DNA of 64,000 nt from an uncultured delta proteobacterium. GTDB lineage: Bacteria > Desulfobacterota > RBG-13-43-22. The first letter of the stretch is position 1, and each line of letters begins with the position of its first letter. The stretch covers positions 58,203 through 122,202 of the forward strand of contig CAVUPH010000018.1 of assembly GCA_963743305.1 (NCBI GenBank). Direction: 5' to 3'. Shown here piece by piece: positions 38,952-49,400 of the stretch. The notes under the pieces are model-generated. The model was not told where the DNA came from and made no database searches. It saw nothing but the letters and a program-made list of their open reading frames with translations. Both the position numbers and the translations under genes were made by a program.

Positions 38952-38967
38952 TGGCATTGAACTTGCT
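38952..38967 (+). promoter_or_regulatory. Sigma-54 (-24/-12) promoter
   Basis: TGGCATTGAACTTGCT with exact GG-N10-GC spacing. Confidence 0.85.
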
Positions 38968-39055
38968 TATTTAAGGAAACCAGAGATTCGAATTTCTGAT
39001 AATTAAGCATGACCAGCAGCTAATCCCTCCATTCGGGAAGCGGAAAGGTGCACCT

Positions 39056-39808
39056 ATGCGATTGAAAGACAAAGTAGCCATCGTCACCGGAGCCGCCAAG
39101 GGCCTGGGCCGGGCTTTTTGCCTGGGTTTGGCAGGGGAAGGGGCCCGAATCATGGCCGTGACCCGCAAGGATCTGGACAACCTGGAGCAAACCGTCCGGA
39201 TGGTCCGTTCCCTGGGCGGGGAGGCCGAAATGATTCAAGCCGACGTGGCCCTGGAGGGAGATACCCGGGCCATGGCCCAGGAAACGCTCAAAAGATTTGG
39301 TCGCGTAGATATCCTGCTCAACAACGCGGCTATTTATGACGGGATCAAAAGGAAGCCGTTTTTTGAGATTGATCTGGCGGAATGGGACCTGGTTATGAAT
39401 GTGAATGTCAAAGGGGCCTTTTTATCCGCCCGGGCCGTCTTTCCTTTCATGAAAGAACAGGGTTATGGAAAGATCGTTAATCTGGCCTCGGAGGTTTTCT
39501 TTACCGGGTCCACCGGGTTTGCCCATTACGTGGCCTCCAAAGGGGGCATTATCGGTCTGACCCGAGCCCTGGCGGTGGAACTGGGACCGCATAATATCTG
39601 CATCAACTGTATTGCTCCCGGTTTTACCGATACCGAGGCCAGCCGGGGAATGGCCGATGTCTCCAAATACGATGTTTCCAAGACGCCTTTGAGACGGCTG
39701 GAAAAGCCGGAAGATCTGGTGGGGGCCGCCCTTTTTCTGGCTTCTCCGGAAAGTGATTTTATAACCGGGCAGACCCTGTTGATCGACGGGGGACGGGCCA
39801 TGCATTAA
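39056..39808 (+). CDS. Short-chain dehydrogenase/reductase (SDR)
   Basis: TGAAKGLG, NNAA, YVASK, NCIAPG, ITGQTLLIDGG. Confidence 0.95.
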   Translation: MRLKDKVAIVTGAAKGLGRAFCLGLAGEGARIMAVTRKDLDNLEQTVRMVRSLGGEAEMIQADVALEGDTRAMAQETLKRFGRVDILLNNAAIYDGIKRKPFFEIDLAEWDLVMNVNVKGAFLSARAVFPFMKEQGYGKIVNLASEVFFTGSTGFAHYVASKGGIIGLTRALAVELGPHNICINCIAPGFTDTEASRGMADVSKYDVSKTPLRRLEKPEDLVGAALFLASPESDFITGQTLLIDGGRAMH

Positions 39809-40041
39809 AACATAAGCGCAATTCATCCGGAATGGAGTCCGGAAGGATCACGAAATTCGAAGATCAAAAAGCGAACGTCCAAGCAGCTTCGAATTCGCCC
39901 ACCTTCACATGTTTCAAGGGCAGTTCGCCGACCCTGGACAAGAAAATAGGTTTTACGGCCAGGCACTAAAACGAATCGGGCAGAATCCGGGTCTCTCTTT
40001 CGAGAGACCCTAATTAATAACCACCAAAAGGAGGAGGAAGC

Positions 40042-41724
40042 ATGAAAGTGTATGATGTCGTCCCCGGTTTGGAATTTGAACCAGAAAGAGATTTTGCCCA
40101 ATCGCCCGCCTGGTTTTTGGACGGCACCCATTCCGTCCCGCCCTGGACCCCCATGTTTGGTTGGTTTTGGATCAACTTCTGCCGCCACGGTATGCAGTAC
40201 GGTGCGGAAAAGCTGAGCCTGCCGACGGTTAAGGGCTGGGATTGGCGTTTTCACCGAGGGGGTGGGTACCTGACCTTGTTGCTGGTCCACAGCGAGGAAG
40301 AAAAACAACGAAGAGAGACGGAATTTCGCAAGGCCATCCTCCCCTTTATTGAAGATTATGACGGCTTGTGGGGAGGACTGGTCAAGGAGATCTTGGGGCG
40401 TTATGAAAAGCTGAAGGCCCTGGATCTGGAGCAGGCTACCAACATTGAACTCCTGGATAATTTTGAAGAGACGATCAACACCTGCCGCCGGATGTGGGAA
40501 ATCCACATGTACATGATGTACGGCACCTATACGGCCTATATCCTTTTTGAAAACATGTGCCGGGAACTGGCCGGCATCGACGACACCTCCCCGGCCTTCC
40601 ATAAGCTGGTTTCGGGTTTTGACAATAAGGTCTTTCAGGTAGACCGCCGTCTCTGGGAGTTTTCCAAAAGGGCCCGAGAGGATGGACTGGCCGACACCAT
40701 CCTGGACAGCAAGCCCGCTGAAATCCAGGGCCGTCTCCAGGAATCGGCCAAGGGCAAAGAATTCATGAAAGACTTTATGGCCTTCATGAATGAAGACGGC
40801 TGGCGCATGCAACGGATGTCCGAGATGAATATGCCCACCTGGGTGGAAGACCCCACACCGGCCCTGGTCAACGTGAAACAGTTTCTTCAGAAGGGCGGGG
40901 GCTTTAACCTCGAGGCGGAGCGGGGCAAAATAACCGAACAGCGGAAAGCGGCGGAAAAAGAGGTTCTGGCCAAGGTTCCCCAGGATCAGCGGGGCTGGTT
41001 TGGTCGCTTGATGGTTTTGGCCCAAAAGAGCGGGGTCTTCAGCGAAGAGCATGACCACTACCTGGATCTCTATACGCATGCCATGATGCGTCGCAGCGCC
41101 TTGGGTCTGGGAAAGCGTTTCGCCCAGAAAGGGGCCCTCAACGAGGCCGACGATATTTTCTTCCTCATGCCCGATGAGGTGCGCCGGGCCGGGATCAACC
41201 CCGACCAATTTGATTTGCGCTACATTGTGGATCGTCGCAGAGCGGAGTGGCAGGAATGGCAAAAGACGCCCAACCCGCCGGCCTTCTTAAAGGAGGGTTT
41301 CGATCTGGATATGGCCATGGGGGTCCTGGTGCAATCCATGGATCCTATCGCCCTGAAAGTCGTGGTCGGTTCCATGCCCCAGGTCCGTCCGGAGCTCAAG
41401 GCCGACCTCTACGGGAGCTGCGGTTCCCCCGGAGTGGCCGAAGGTCCGGCCCGGGTGATCTTGAACGAAGACGAACTTCACCTGGTCGAAGAGGGAGATA
41501 TCCTGGTAGCGGCCAGCACCTCGCCCAGTTGGACCCCGGTTTTTTCCATGATCAAGGGCGTGGTCGTGGACCGCGGGGCCAGCCTTTCCCATGCCGCTAT
41601 TGTGGGAAGGGAATACGGCATTCCGGTGGTCATGAATGTCTTTGAGGGTACGGCCAAGATCAAGTCCGGTCAGCGGATCAAGGTCGATGCCAATCTGGGG
41701 GTCGTGTTTATTTTGGACAAATAA
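40042..41724 (+). CDS. Phenylphosphate-synthase subunit A-like phospho-His protein
   Basis: WFLDGTHSVPPWTPMFGW N-terminus; C-terminal PEP-utiliser mobile domain GSPGVAEGPARV...TSPSW...SHAAIVGREYGIP. Confidence 0.8.
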   Translation: MKVYDVVPGLEFEPERDFAQSPAWFLDGTHSVPPWTPMFGWFWINFCRHGMQYGAEKLSLPTVKGWDWRFHRGGGYLTLLLVHSEEEKQRRETEFRKAILPFIEDYDGLWGGLVKEILGRYEKLKALDLEQATNIELLDNFEETINTCRRMWEIHMYMMYGTYTAYILFENMCRELAGIDDTSPAFHKLVSGFDNKVFQVDRRLWEFSKRAREDGLADTILDSKPAEIQGRLQESAKGKEFMKDFMAFMNEDGWRMQRMSEMNMPTWVEDPTPALVNVKQFLQKGGGFNLEAERGKITEQRKAAEKEVLAKVPQDQRGWFGRLMVLAQKSGVFSEEHDHYLDLYTHAMMRRSALGLGKRFAQKGALNEADDIFFLMPDEVRRAGINPDQFDLRYIVDRRRAEWQEWQKTPNPPAFLKEGFDLDMAMGVLVQSMDPIALKVVVGSMPQVRPELKADLYGSCGSPGVAEGPARVILNEDELHLVEEGDILVAASTSPSWTPVFSMIKGVVVDRGASLSHAAIVGREYGIPVVMNVFEGTAKIKSGQRIKVDANLGVVFILDK

Positions 41725-41788
41725 AAAACCCATTGGGACCTTTCCTTCCCCGCGACGGGGAGGGAAAGGTCTTCCAGGAGCAGGTTCC

Positions 41789-42814
41789 ATGAGCGATAAA
41801 TGGATCTTTTGGTTTGAGGAATTGGGGACCGGGGACAACGACCGGGTAGGGAAAAAATGCGCCAACCTGGGGGAGATGACCCGACTGGGCCTGCGCATTC
41901 CCCCCGGATTTGCCATTTCCATAGACGGGTACGAACGATTTATGGCCGAAACCGGAGCCGGCGAGGAGATTCGGCGCTATGTCCAGGAAAACCGGGAGCA
42001 TTTAAAGGAAGTTAAAAATCAAATACTAGCCAGTCAGGCTATCCGGAACATTATCGAGTCCAAAGAAATGCCCCCGGCCATGAGGGAGGAGTTGTTCCAA
42101 TATTACGACCAGTTGAAAGAACGGGCCGGAGTCCAGGAGCTTTCGGTGGCCGTCCGGTCCAGCGGGGCGGTCAGCATGCCCGGCCAGATGGAGAGCTATC
42201 TGAATGTCCGCCGGAAGGAAGCGGTACTCCAGAAAGTGATCCAGGTCTGGGGAAGCGCCTTTACCACCCGGGCCATTGCCTTTCGGCTGGAGAAAGGGAT
42301 GGCCATGGAAAAGGCTCCCATCGGCATCGCCGTCCTGAAGATGGTGGAGGCCAAGTCCGCCGGCGTGGTCTTGACGGTCTTACCGACGAGCGGAGACCTC
42401 TCGAAGGTAATCGTGGAAGGCAACTGGGGTTTGGGTGAGAGTGTGGTCAGCGGCGAAATTAACCCCGATCAGTTTATTGTCGATAAAAGCGACGGGACGG
42501 TGGAAAGCACCGTCCATAGTAAAACCAAGATGGTGATTTATCATGAGGGGGGGACCGTTACCGCCCAGGTTCCGGAGGCCATCCAGGAAAAGCCCTGTGT
42601 CAACCCGGAGGAATTGAAAGAGATCGTGCGGATCGCCAAACAAGTGGAGGAGCATTTTCAAACTCCCCAGGACATGGAATGGGTCCTGGATGGCGTTCAA
42701 TCCATTCCGGAGAGTCTTTATTGGGTCCAGGCCCGACCGGCTAAATACGCCCAGGTCAAAGAAAAGGAATCCGAATATCTGGCGGAGCTGATGACCCGCC
42801 TGTTTAAGTTTTAA
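41789..42814 (+). CDS. Phenylphosphate-synthase subunit B-like ATP-binding protein
   Basis: VGKKCANLGEM, PPGFA, VAVRSSG, GQMESYLNV, GNWGLGESVVSG, QDMEW, VQARP: a stand-alone PEP-synthase N-terminal domain. Confidence 0.85.
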   Translation: MSDKWIFWFEELGTGDNDRVGKKCANLGEMTRLGLRIPPGFAISIDGYERFMAETGAGEEIRRYVQENREHLKEVKNQILASQAIRNIIESKEMPPAMREELFQYYDQLKERAGVQELSVAVRSSGAVSMPGQMESYLNVRRKEAVLQKVIQVWGSAFTTRAIAFRLEKGMAMEKAPIGIAVLKMVEAKSAGVVLTVLPTSGDLSKVIVEGNWGLGESVVSGEINPDQFIVDKSDGTVESTVHSKTKMVIYHEGGTVTAQVPEAIQEKPCVNPEELKEIVRIAKQVEEHFQTPQDMEWVLDGVQSIPESLYWVQARPAKYAQVKEKESEYLAELMTRLFKF

Positions 42815-42845
42815 TTCCTTTCTTCAGGCCGGAAAAGGAGAAACG

Positions 42846-43505
42846 ATGGCCATCCTGTTTACGCAATATTGGGATGTGATGCCCGGTAAATTTGATGCCT
42901 ATACGGCTTTTATTACCCAGGAGTACAATCCCGCCCTGCAGCAGTTGGGGATTCGGTTGGTGGGAGGGTATTATGTGGCGGTAGGCGAAGGTCCCCGGAT
43001 TGTGGCCGTAGCCACGGTGGATGAAACCGAGAATTTGCGGAAGACCATTTCATCCCCGGCCTACCGGGAGATTTCCAATAAATTACTCGAATACGTCTGG
43101 AAATATACCAATAAAGTCTATGTGCCCTCCGGACGCATCCAGGAAGGACCGTACCGCATCCAGACCGGGGTTTGGAAATTCAACCAGTATTATAATGTCC
43201 TCCGGGGTCAGGAGGAGGCCCATCGAAAGTTCGTCAAGGAAGAGTGCCTGCCGGGGATGGAAGAATTAAAGATCCCGCTTACCGGAGGGTGGCGTCTGGT
43301 CATCGGCAGCGGGCCGAGGATCCTGGCTGAAGCTACCGGGCGAAGTATTGTCGATATCGCCAGGGCCATTGATACCTCTCTCTTCAGAAAGTTGGTCAGG
43401 ACCCTGAAAAATGAGTTTGCCACGGACTACGGCAGCCGGATTCTGGCCCCGACGGGACGGATTGAAGTGCCGTACCTGATGAGCGAAATGATGAAGAAAT
43501 TTTAG
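42846..43505 (+). CDS. Hypothetical protein with two internal repeats (NIPSNAP/dimeric alpha-beta-barrel-like)
   Basis: Halves align: FTQYWDVMPG..GGYYVAVGEGPRIVA..VPSGRI and FNQYYNVLRG..GGWRLVIGSGPRILA..APTGRI. Confidence 0.7.
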   Translation: MAILFTQYWDVMPGKFDAYTAFITQEYNPALQQLGIRLVGGYYVAVGEGPRIVAVATVDETENLRKTISSPAYREISNKLLEYVWKYTNKVYVPSGRIQEGPYRIQTGVWKFNQYYNVLRGQEEAHRKFVKEECLPGMEELKIPLTGGWRLVIGSGPRILAEATGRSIVDIARAIDTSLFRKLVRTLKNEFATDYGSRILAPTGRIEVPYLMSEMMKKF

Positions 43506-43588
43506 CCGGAAGCTTTAGAATTTCCGGCTAAAATTTCTATATTTCCGTTTTTTTTATTTGGAAGAAAGGTGATCTGGAGAACAACGAC

Positions 43589-45531
43589 ATGATCCCGGAA
43601 CGGCCCATCTATTGGATGATCGGGGAGGTCTGGGTCTTTTATGTCCTGGCGACCCTGGCCGTCGGCCTGCTGGTCCTCGGAGTGGCCGCCCACCTCCGGG
43701 TGTGGATGAAAAGCGCTCCCGGGAGCCGGACGGTGTTTTCCGGGCCCGCCCTGGGGCAGGCCTTCCTGGATGTCTTCCTGGGGCGGACCGCCTTCAAAGG
43801 GGAGCCCTGGGCCGGTCTCATGCATTTTTTGATCTTCTGGGGATTTATCGTCCTCTTGATCGGCACTTCCCTGCTGGCCGGGCATGAATATCTCTCTCCT
43901 TTTCTGATCGGCCGGGCCCATCTGGTTTTCGAAGTCGCCATGGAAATCGGGGGACTCCTCCTCATTGCCGGTGTCGTCTGGGCCTTGATTCGTCGGTATC
44001 TGCAACGGGTCCCGCGGCTGGAACGCCGTCTGGAGGACGCCGTCATCCCGGTCGGTTTGCTGATCGTGGCCTGTTCCGGGTTCCTGTTGGAAGGCTTACG
44101 GCTGGCGGTTCAAAAGCCCGCCTGGGCCCAGTGGTCCTTTGTCGGGTCCGGGATCGCCGGTCTGATCCCCGAGCCGGCCGCCTTGACGACCTACCCCTAC
44201 CTCTGGTGGGGACACGCCCTGGTGAGTCTGGGTTTCATTGCCCTGATCCCCTACGGCAAACTCTTTCATTTGGTGGGAGGGCCGGCGGCCCTCTACCTCC
44301 ACCGCGCTCCCGAAATAAGGAAGCCGGCCGAATCCGAAGATGCTGGAAATGGAAGAAGGCCCCTCCCTGGCGGAGGTGGTTTTCTATGACGCCTGCATGC
44401 GCTGTGGACGCTGCGTTCAGTCCTGTCCCTCCAACGGCGCCGGCGAGCCCCTGGCCCCCCGTGATTTCGTCCAGGCCGCCCGTCGGGGTCTCTGGCAGGA
44501 ACATTCTCCCCAGGGCGATATCCGCTTTCTAACTCCCGAGAAGGCCCTCGAAGATAAAACGGCCTGGTACTGCACCACCTGCGCCGCCTGTCGGGAGATC
44601 TGCCCGGTGTATGGCGTCCCTTTCAAGCTGATAACGAAGCAGCGGACCCGACTGATCGAAGAAGGGAAGGAAGTCCCCGACCTGATGAATCAGACCCTGG
44701 AGCGGCTCTTCAACTATGACAACCCCTGGGTGTCTTCCAAGCGGGAACGGGCCGTCTGGGCCAAGGGTCTGGGGCTCCCGATCCTGAAAGCGGACGGGAA
44801 AGTGTCCCCCTTGTGTTATTTCGTGGGCTGCACGACCTCTTACGATGCCCGGGCCCAGGGGATCGCCAGGGCCTTCACGGACCTCCTGCAAAAGGCCGGA
44901 GTGCGCTTCGGGATCATCGGCGACAAGGAACCCTGCTGCGGAGATATCGGCCGGGTGACCGGGGAAATCGGACTGTTCCAGGAAAAGAGGGAAAACACCC
45001 TGGAACTCTTTGACCGCCTGGGTATCCGGGAGGTGGTCACCTCATCGCCCCATTGCTTCCACTCGCTTTTCCATGAATATCCCGGAAGACCCTTTGAGGT
45101 GCGGCACTATACCCTGGTCCTGAGGGAATTGATCGCCGCGAAAAGGCTGACTTTCAAAAGCGCCGGGACCCGGACAGGTGACCTTTCACGATCCCTGCTA
45201 TTTGGGCCGCCACAATCGCCTCTTCGATGAACCCCGGGAAATCATCCGCGCCCTGCCCGGCGTAACCCTGGTGGAAATGGCCCACCATGGGCCGAACAGC
45301 CTCTGCTGCGGCGGCGGCGGCGGACGGATGTGGCAGGGGACGGACCTGCGGGGGGAGGCGCGCATGAGTGAAATTCGGATGAAGGAGGCCCGGGACAGCG
45401 GGGCGGAAGTTTTGATTACCGCCTGCCCTCTCTGCCTGGTCATGCTGGAAGATGCCTGGAAGACTTTGGGTTTAGAAGAGAAGATGAAGGTCATGGATTT
45501 GAACGAGGTGGTATTGGAAGCTATGGGATAG
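43589..45531 (+). CDS. Membrane-anchored Fe-S oxidoreductase (NarI-like + 2x[4Fe-4S] + CCG domains; ETF:quinone oxidoreductase-like) with two +1 frameshifts
   Basis: MHFLIFWGF and WWGH..KLFH; CMRCGRCVQSCP and CTTCAACREICP; CCG, HDPCYLGR, CCGGGGG. Frame breaks near 44345 and 45178. Confidence 0.85.
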
Positions 45532-45564
45532 GGATGGTTGCCGGTTAACGATGCGTTTGCCGGT

Positions 45565-45595
45565 GTAGGTTGGGTAGCGTAAAACGAAACCCAAT
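45565..45595. repeat. GTAG-type REP-like hairpin
   Basis: gtaggttgggtagcgtaaaacgaaacccaat. Confidence 0.55.
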
Positions 45596-45625
45596 GGAGA
45601 GGCAAGATTAAATCAGTTCTTTGGC

Positions 45626-45704
45626 CGTCATCCCGGACTCGATCCGGGATCCAGGTGACTCGGAATCTGCACTTCCCTGGATTCCGGCCTTCGCCGGAAT
45701 GACG
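45626..45704. repeat. CGTC-type REP doublet
   Basis: cgtcatcccggactcgatccgggatccag...ctggattccggccttcgccggaatgacg. Confidence 0.85.
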
Positions 45705-45750
45705 ACGTCGGGTTCATTTTTAATTCGTTACGCGGGATGAAAGGAAAATT

Positions 45751-46734
45751 ATGAATGAGATTTTAATTTTGGCGGAGGGGCTGGGAGATGTTCCCGACAA
45801 GAAGACCCTGGAGCTCTTTCGGGCCGGGTCGGAGCTGGCCGGGGATCTGGGGATCCCGGTCTCGGCCGTCGTAGCGGGAGAAAAGGTAGCCTCCCTGGCA
45901 GCCGCGGCTGCCGCCTATGGGCTGCATAAGATCTACCAACTGGAGCACCCCCTGCTCCAAGGCTTTCAGCCGGAGGCCTGGGTGGGGGCCTTGGAGTGGC
46001 TGTGCCGGCAAATCAACCCCCGGATCCTGCTGATCGGCCAGGCGTATATCGGCCGGGAAGTGGCCCCCCGACTGGCCTTTCGACTCCAGACCGAGCTGAC
46101 CACCGACTGCCTGGGCCTGTCCATCGACCCGCAGGACGGTCTGCTGATCCGCACCAAGCCCATTTACGGGGGCAATGCCATCGCCACCTTGAAAGGAGCC
46201 GGTTCGCCGCAGATGGTCACCGTCCGGAAAAACGTCTACGAACCCCTGGAGGCGGGAAGCGGGTCGAGCGAAATAGTAGCGCTGACGCCCCCGCTGGAAG
46301 AATCAGCCATCCGGGTCAAATTCCTGAAGACGGTGCCGGAGGAAGTGGTCGAACTGGACAAGGCCAACATGGTGATTTCCGGCGGCCGGGGCATTGCCGA
46401 AAAGGAGGATTTCGAACTTTTGGAAGCCCTGGCCCGCGCTTTGGGCAAAACCCACGGCCAGGTGCTCATCGGCTGCAGCCGACCGGTGGTGGATAAATGC
46501 TGGCTGTCCTCCGACCGGCAGGTCGGATTGACCGGGTCGATCATCGCCCCGGACGTCTACCTGGCCATCGGCATCTCCGGGGCCATCCAACACCTGGTGG
46601 GCATGGTCCGGTCCAAGAAGATCATCGCCATCAATACCGATGCCGGCTGCAACATGTTCAAGGTGGCCGACTACGGCGTGGTGGAGGACTATAAGGACCT
46701 GCTGCCGGCCCTGGTCAAGAAACTGGAGGGATAG
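45751..46734 (+). CDS. etfA: Electron transfer flavoprotein alpha subunit
   Basis: ISGGRG, CSRPVVD, QVGLTG, YLAIGISGAIQHLVGM. Confidence 0.95.
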   Translation: MNEILILAEGLGDVPDKKTLELFRAGSELAGDLGIPVSAVVAGEKVASLAAAAAAYGLHKIYQLEHPLLQGFQPEAWVGALEWLCRQINPRILLIGQAYIGREVAPRLAFRLQTELTTDCLGLSIDPQDGLLIRTKPIYGGNAIATLKGAGSPQMVTVRKNVYEPLEAGSGSSEIVALTPPLEESAIRVKFLKTVPEEVVELDKANMVISGGRGIAEKEDFELLEALARALGKTHGQVLIGCSRPVVDKCWLSSDRQVGLTGSIIAPDVYLAIGISGAIQHLVGMVRSKKIIAINTDAGCNMFKVADYGVVEDYKDLLPALVKKLEG

Positions 46735-46736
46735 CC

Positions 46737-47531
46737 ATGAAGGAACCGAACATCATCGTCTGCGCCAAACAGATACCGGACCCCGAGGCGCCTTTCTCGG
46801 ACGTCCGGGTCGATGTGGAAAAAATGGAAGTCATCGTCGACGCTCCCAACGTCATCAGCCCTTACGATGAAAACGCCCTGGAGGCCGCCATCCGAATCAA
46901 GGAGGAACTGGGGGGCAAGATCACCGTTCTCAGCCTGGGCCGAAAGGTGGCGGACACGGTGCTGCGCAAGACCCTGGCGGCCGGGGCCGACGCTCTGATA
47001 CTCCTGGAAGACCCTTCCTTTGAGCGGCTGGACAGCAACTCCGTGGCCTACGTCCTTTCCCGGGCCATTCAGAAGATCGGCGCCTACGACCTGATCCTTA
47101 CCGGCAGACAGGCCGGAGACTGGGACGCCGGGCAGGTGGGGCTTATCCTGGCCGAGTGGCTGGGAATTCCGGCCATCAATCTGGCCCGGTCGGTAAAAAT
47201 TCAGGACGACCGGCTCCTGGTGGAAAAGACCGTGCCCGTAGGCTACGAGGTGGTGGAGACCGGATTGCCGGCCCTGGTCACGGTGAGTAACGAGGTGGGG
47301 GAGTTACGCTACGTTTCCCGGACCAAGATGATGGCCCTGCTCAAGCGCCCCATCCCGATCCCCAAGTGGGGGGCCAAAGACCTGGTGGACGATCCCGCCC
47401 GTCTGAAGCCGATCCAAATGCTGTCCCTGGCGCCGCCGGCGGACATGGGGCGGCAGTGCCTGATCATCGAGGGCGCCTCTCCGGAGGAAAAGGCGGAGAA
47501 GCTGGCCGCCGTGATTATGGAGATCCGTTGA
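46737..47531 (+). CDS. etfB: Electron transfer flavoprotein beta subunit
   Basis: IIVCAKQIPD, PYDENALEAA, TGRQAGDWDAGQVG, PALVTV. Confidence 0.95.
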   Translation: MKEPNIIVCAKQIPDPEAPFSDVRVDVEKMEVIVDAPNVISPYDENALEAAIRIKEELGGKITVLSLGRKVADTVLRKTLAAGADALILLEDPSFERLDSNSVAYVLSRAIQKIGAYDLILTGRQAGDWDAGQVGLILAEWLGIPAINLARSVKIQDDRLLVEKTVPVGYEVVETGLPALVTVSNEVGELRYVSRTKMMALLKRPIPIPKWGAKDLVDDPARLKPIQMLSLAPPADMGRQCLIIEGASPEEKAEKLAAVIMEIR

Positions 47532-47630
47532 GACTCCGTCCTTTTGAAAAGGGAGGTTGGGAGGGATTTTTGAAAAAGTCAAGGCCAAATTAATTCATAC
47601 CAAATAGAAAATAAACAGGGAGGATACAAG

Positions 47631-49271
47631 ATGCCTGACAAAACGTATGATGCAATTATTATCGGGGGAGGACATCATGGAACCACGATAGCCCCCTATT
47701 TGGCCAAAGCGGGTTTGAAAGTGGGAGTATTTGAACGGCTGGACCACCTGGGCGGTGGAGCGATCACGGAAGACCTCCCCTCACCGGGTTTCCGGGGGAA
47801 CTTTTGTGCCCACTTCACCCGGTATTACGGTCACCCGGCCTATAAGGAATTCAATCTCCGGGACGAAGGCCTGGAATACACTTTTCCCGATACCAACGAA
47901 GCCATCATCTTCGACGACGGGACCAGTTACGTGGCCTACGCCGCCTTTACCGTGGTCGATCCCCAAACCGGCGAAAGCCGGTTCAACGAGACCAATGTCA
48001 AGAAGACCCACGACCAGATCGCCCGCTTTTCCAAGAAGGATGCGGAGACCTATTTGGACCTGACGGAAAAATATAAGAACAAGTGGCGGGCCGCCTTCCA
48101 TAAGCACCGTTATTCGCCCCCCACACCCTACGGTGTGCCCGATGCCCTGGAGGAATTGTGTAACGATCCCCAGAGCGGCCTGGATGTGCCCATGCAGTTT
48201 ATGACCTGCAAGCAGATCGCTCGCTACTTCTTCGAGAGCGACGAACTGCGCATCCTGACCCTGCGGGGCTATCTGACCTCCTGGGGCTGTTTTCCGGACG
48301 ACGTGCCCGGCCTGATGGTCACCATCGCCACCATTCACCTGACCCTGGGCTGGGAACCGGCCGCCATCGCCAAGGGGGGGACCGGGGCCATCACCAGCGC
48401 CCTGGTTTCCGCCGGCCGCAAACTGGGGGTGGAGTATCATCTCAATTCCGAGGTTCAGCGAGTGCTCCTTGATAACGGCCGGGCCACAGGCCTCAAACTG
48501 CTGGACGGGACGGAAGTGACGGCCAAGCAACTGGTGGTCTCGGACAACGCCTCGCCCCAACTCTTCCTGCGGCTCATCGGTGAAGACCGGATCACCGAGG
48601 ACATGAAGCGCAAGGCCCGGGTCTATCAGTTCGACCGAGGCGAGCTGTTCTGGGGCACAGTGGGGGTCCACGAACTGCCCAATTACACGGCGGCCAAGGA
48701 CAACCCCGACGTGAACGCCACCCCCCGCACCTATTTCGCCCCCAAGGACCTGGGCTTCATGGAAGACAAATACCAGCACGAGATCTTTTTGTTCGGGATG
48801 CCCTCCAAGATGTTCATCCTGACCGCCCCGGACAGCATCTGGGACCGCAGCCGGGTGCCCGAGGGAAAATATTCCCTGCACGTGGAAGAGTTCACCTGCC
48901 CGGCCCGCCTCTTCTCCCGTAAGGAATGGAAGCAGATGACCCAGGAATTCGTGGACGTGCTCTTCGAGCGTTGGGCCGAGTACGCCCCCAACATGACCAA
49001 GGATAATCTGATCGTGCAGCGGATCACCAACCCCACGGACATTCAGGACACGCACCTGGATATGCGGGAAGGGGGCTGGTGTGAAGGCAACGTGGCCGGC
49101 GTGCAGAACGGGCGCTTCCGAGGTGTGCCCGGAGGATACCGGACCTTCATCCCGAACCTGTACATGTGCTCTTCCGGCGTGTATGGGGGGCCGGGCATCG
49201 GACGCGGGTCGAGCTATAACTGCTATAAGATGATAGCCGAGGACCTGAAACTGCCGATGCCTAAATACTAG
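47631..49271 (+). CDS. FAD-dependent oxidoreductase, phytoene-desaturase-like family
   Basis: IIGGGHHG...FER...GG FAD motif, KGGTGAITSAL, YRTFIPNLYMCSSGVYGGPGI. Confidence 0.88.
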   Translation: MPDKTYDAIIIGGGHHGTTIAPYLAKAGLKVGVFERLDHLGGGAITEDLPSPGFRGNFCAHFTRYYGHPAYKEFNLRDEGLEYTFPDTNEAIIFDDGTSYVAYAAFTVVDPQTGESRFNETNVKKTHDQIARFSKKDAETYLDLTEKYKNKWRAAFHKHRYSPPTPYGVPDALEELCNDPQSGLDVPMQFMTCKQIARYFFESDELRILTLRGYLTSWGCFPDDVPGLMVTIATIHLTLGWEPAAIAKGGTGAITSALVSAGRKLGVEYHLNSEVQRVLLDNGRATGLKLLDGTEVTAKQLVVSDNASPQLFLRLIGEDRITEDMKRKARVYQFDRGELFWGTVGVHELPNYTAAKDNPDVNATPRTYFAPKDLGFMEDKYQHEIFLFGMPSKMFILTAPDSIWDRSRVPEGKYSLHVEEFTCPARLFSRKEWKQMTQEFVDVLFERWAEYAPNMTKDNLIVQRITNPTDIQDTHLDMREGGWCEGNVAGVQNGRFRGVPGGYRTFIPNLYMCSSGVYGGPGIGRGSSYNCYKMIAEDLKLPMPKY

Positions 49272-49297
49272 ACCAAAAGCACCCGCATATTGGGTTA

Positions 49298-49366
49298 AAT
49301 TCGAAGCACGAAATCCGAAATCCGAGAATGTTTGTTTCGGATTTCGTGCTTCGAATTTCGAATTTA
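49298..49366. repeat. Heptamer-built palindrome
   Basis: aaattcgaagcacgaaatccga...tcggatttcgtgcttcgaattt. Confidence 0.8.
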
Positions 49367-49400
49367 ATCGTCGTAGTCTTCTCGATTCTTGAGGAAAGCA

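Noticed and set aside
40042-42814. Split PEP synthase or rifampicin phosphotransferase
   Set aside because: There is no pyruvate-binding barrel domain, and the two-gene layout with separate RBSs matches phenylphosphate-synthase-type A/B subunits.
43589-45531. Selenocysteine recoding in the Fe-S oxidoreductase
   Set aside because: The breaks are frame changes, not in-frame TGA codons at Cys positions.
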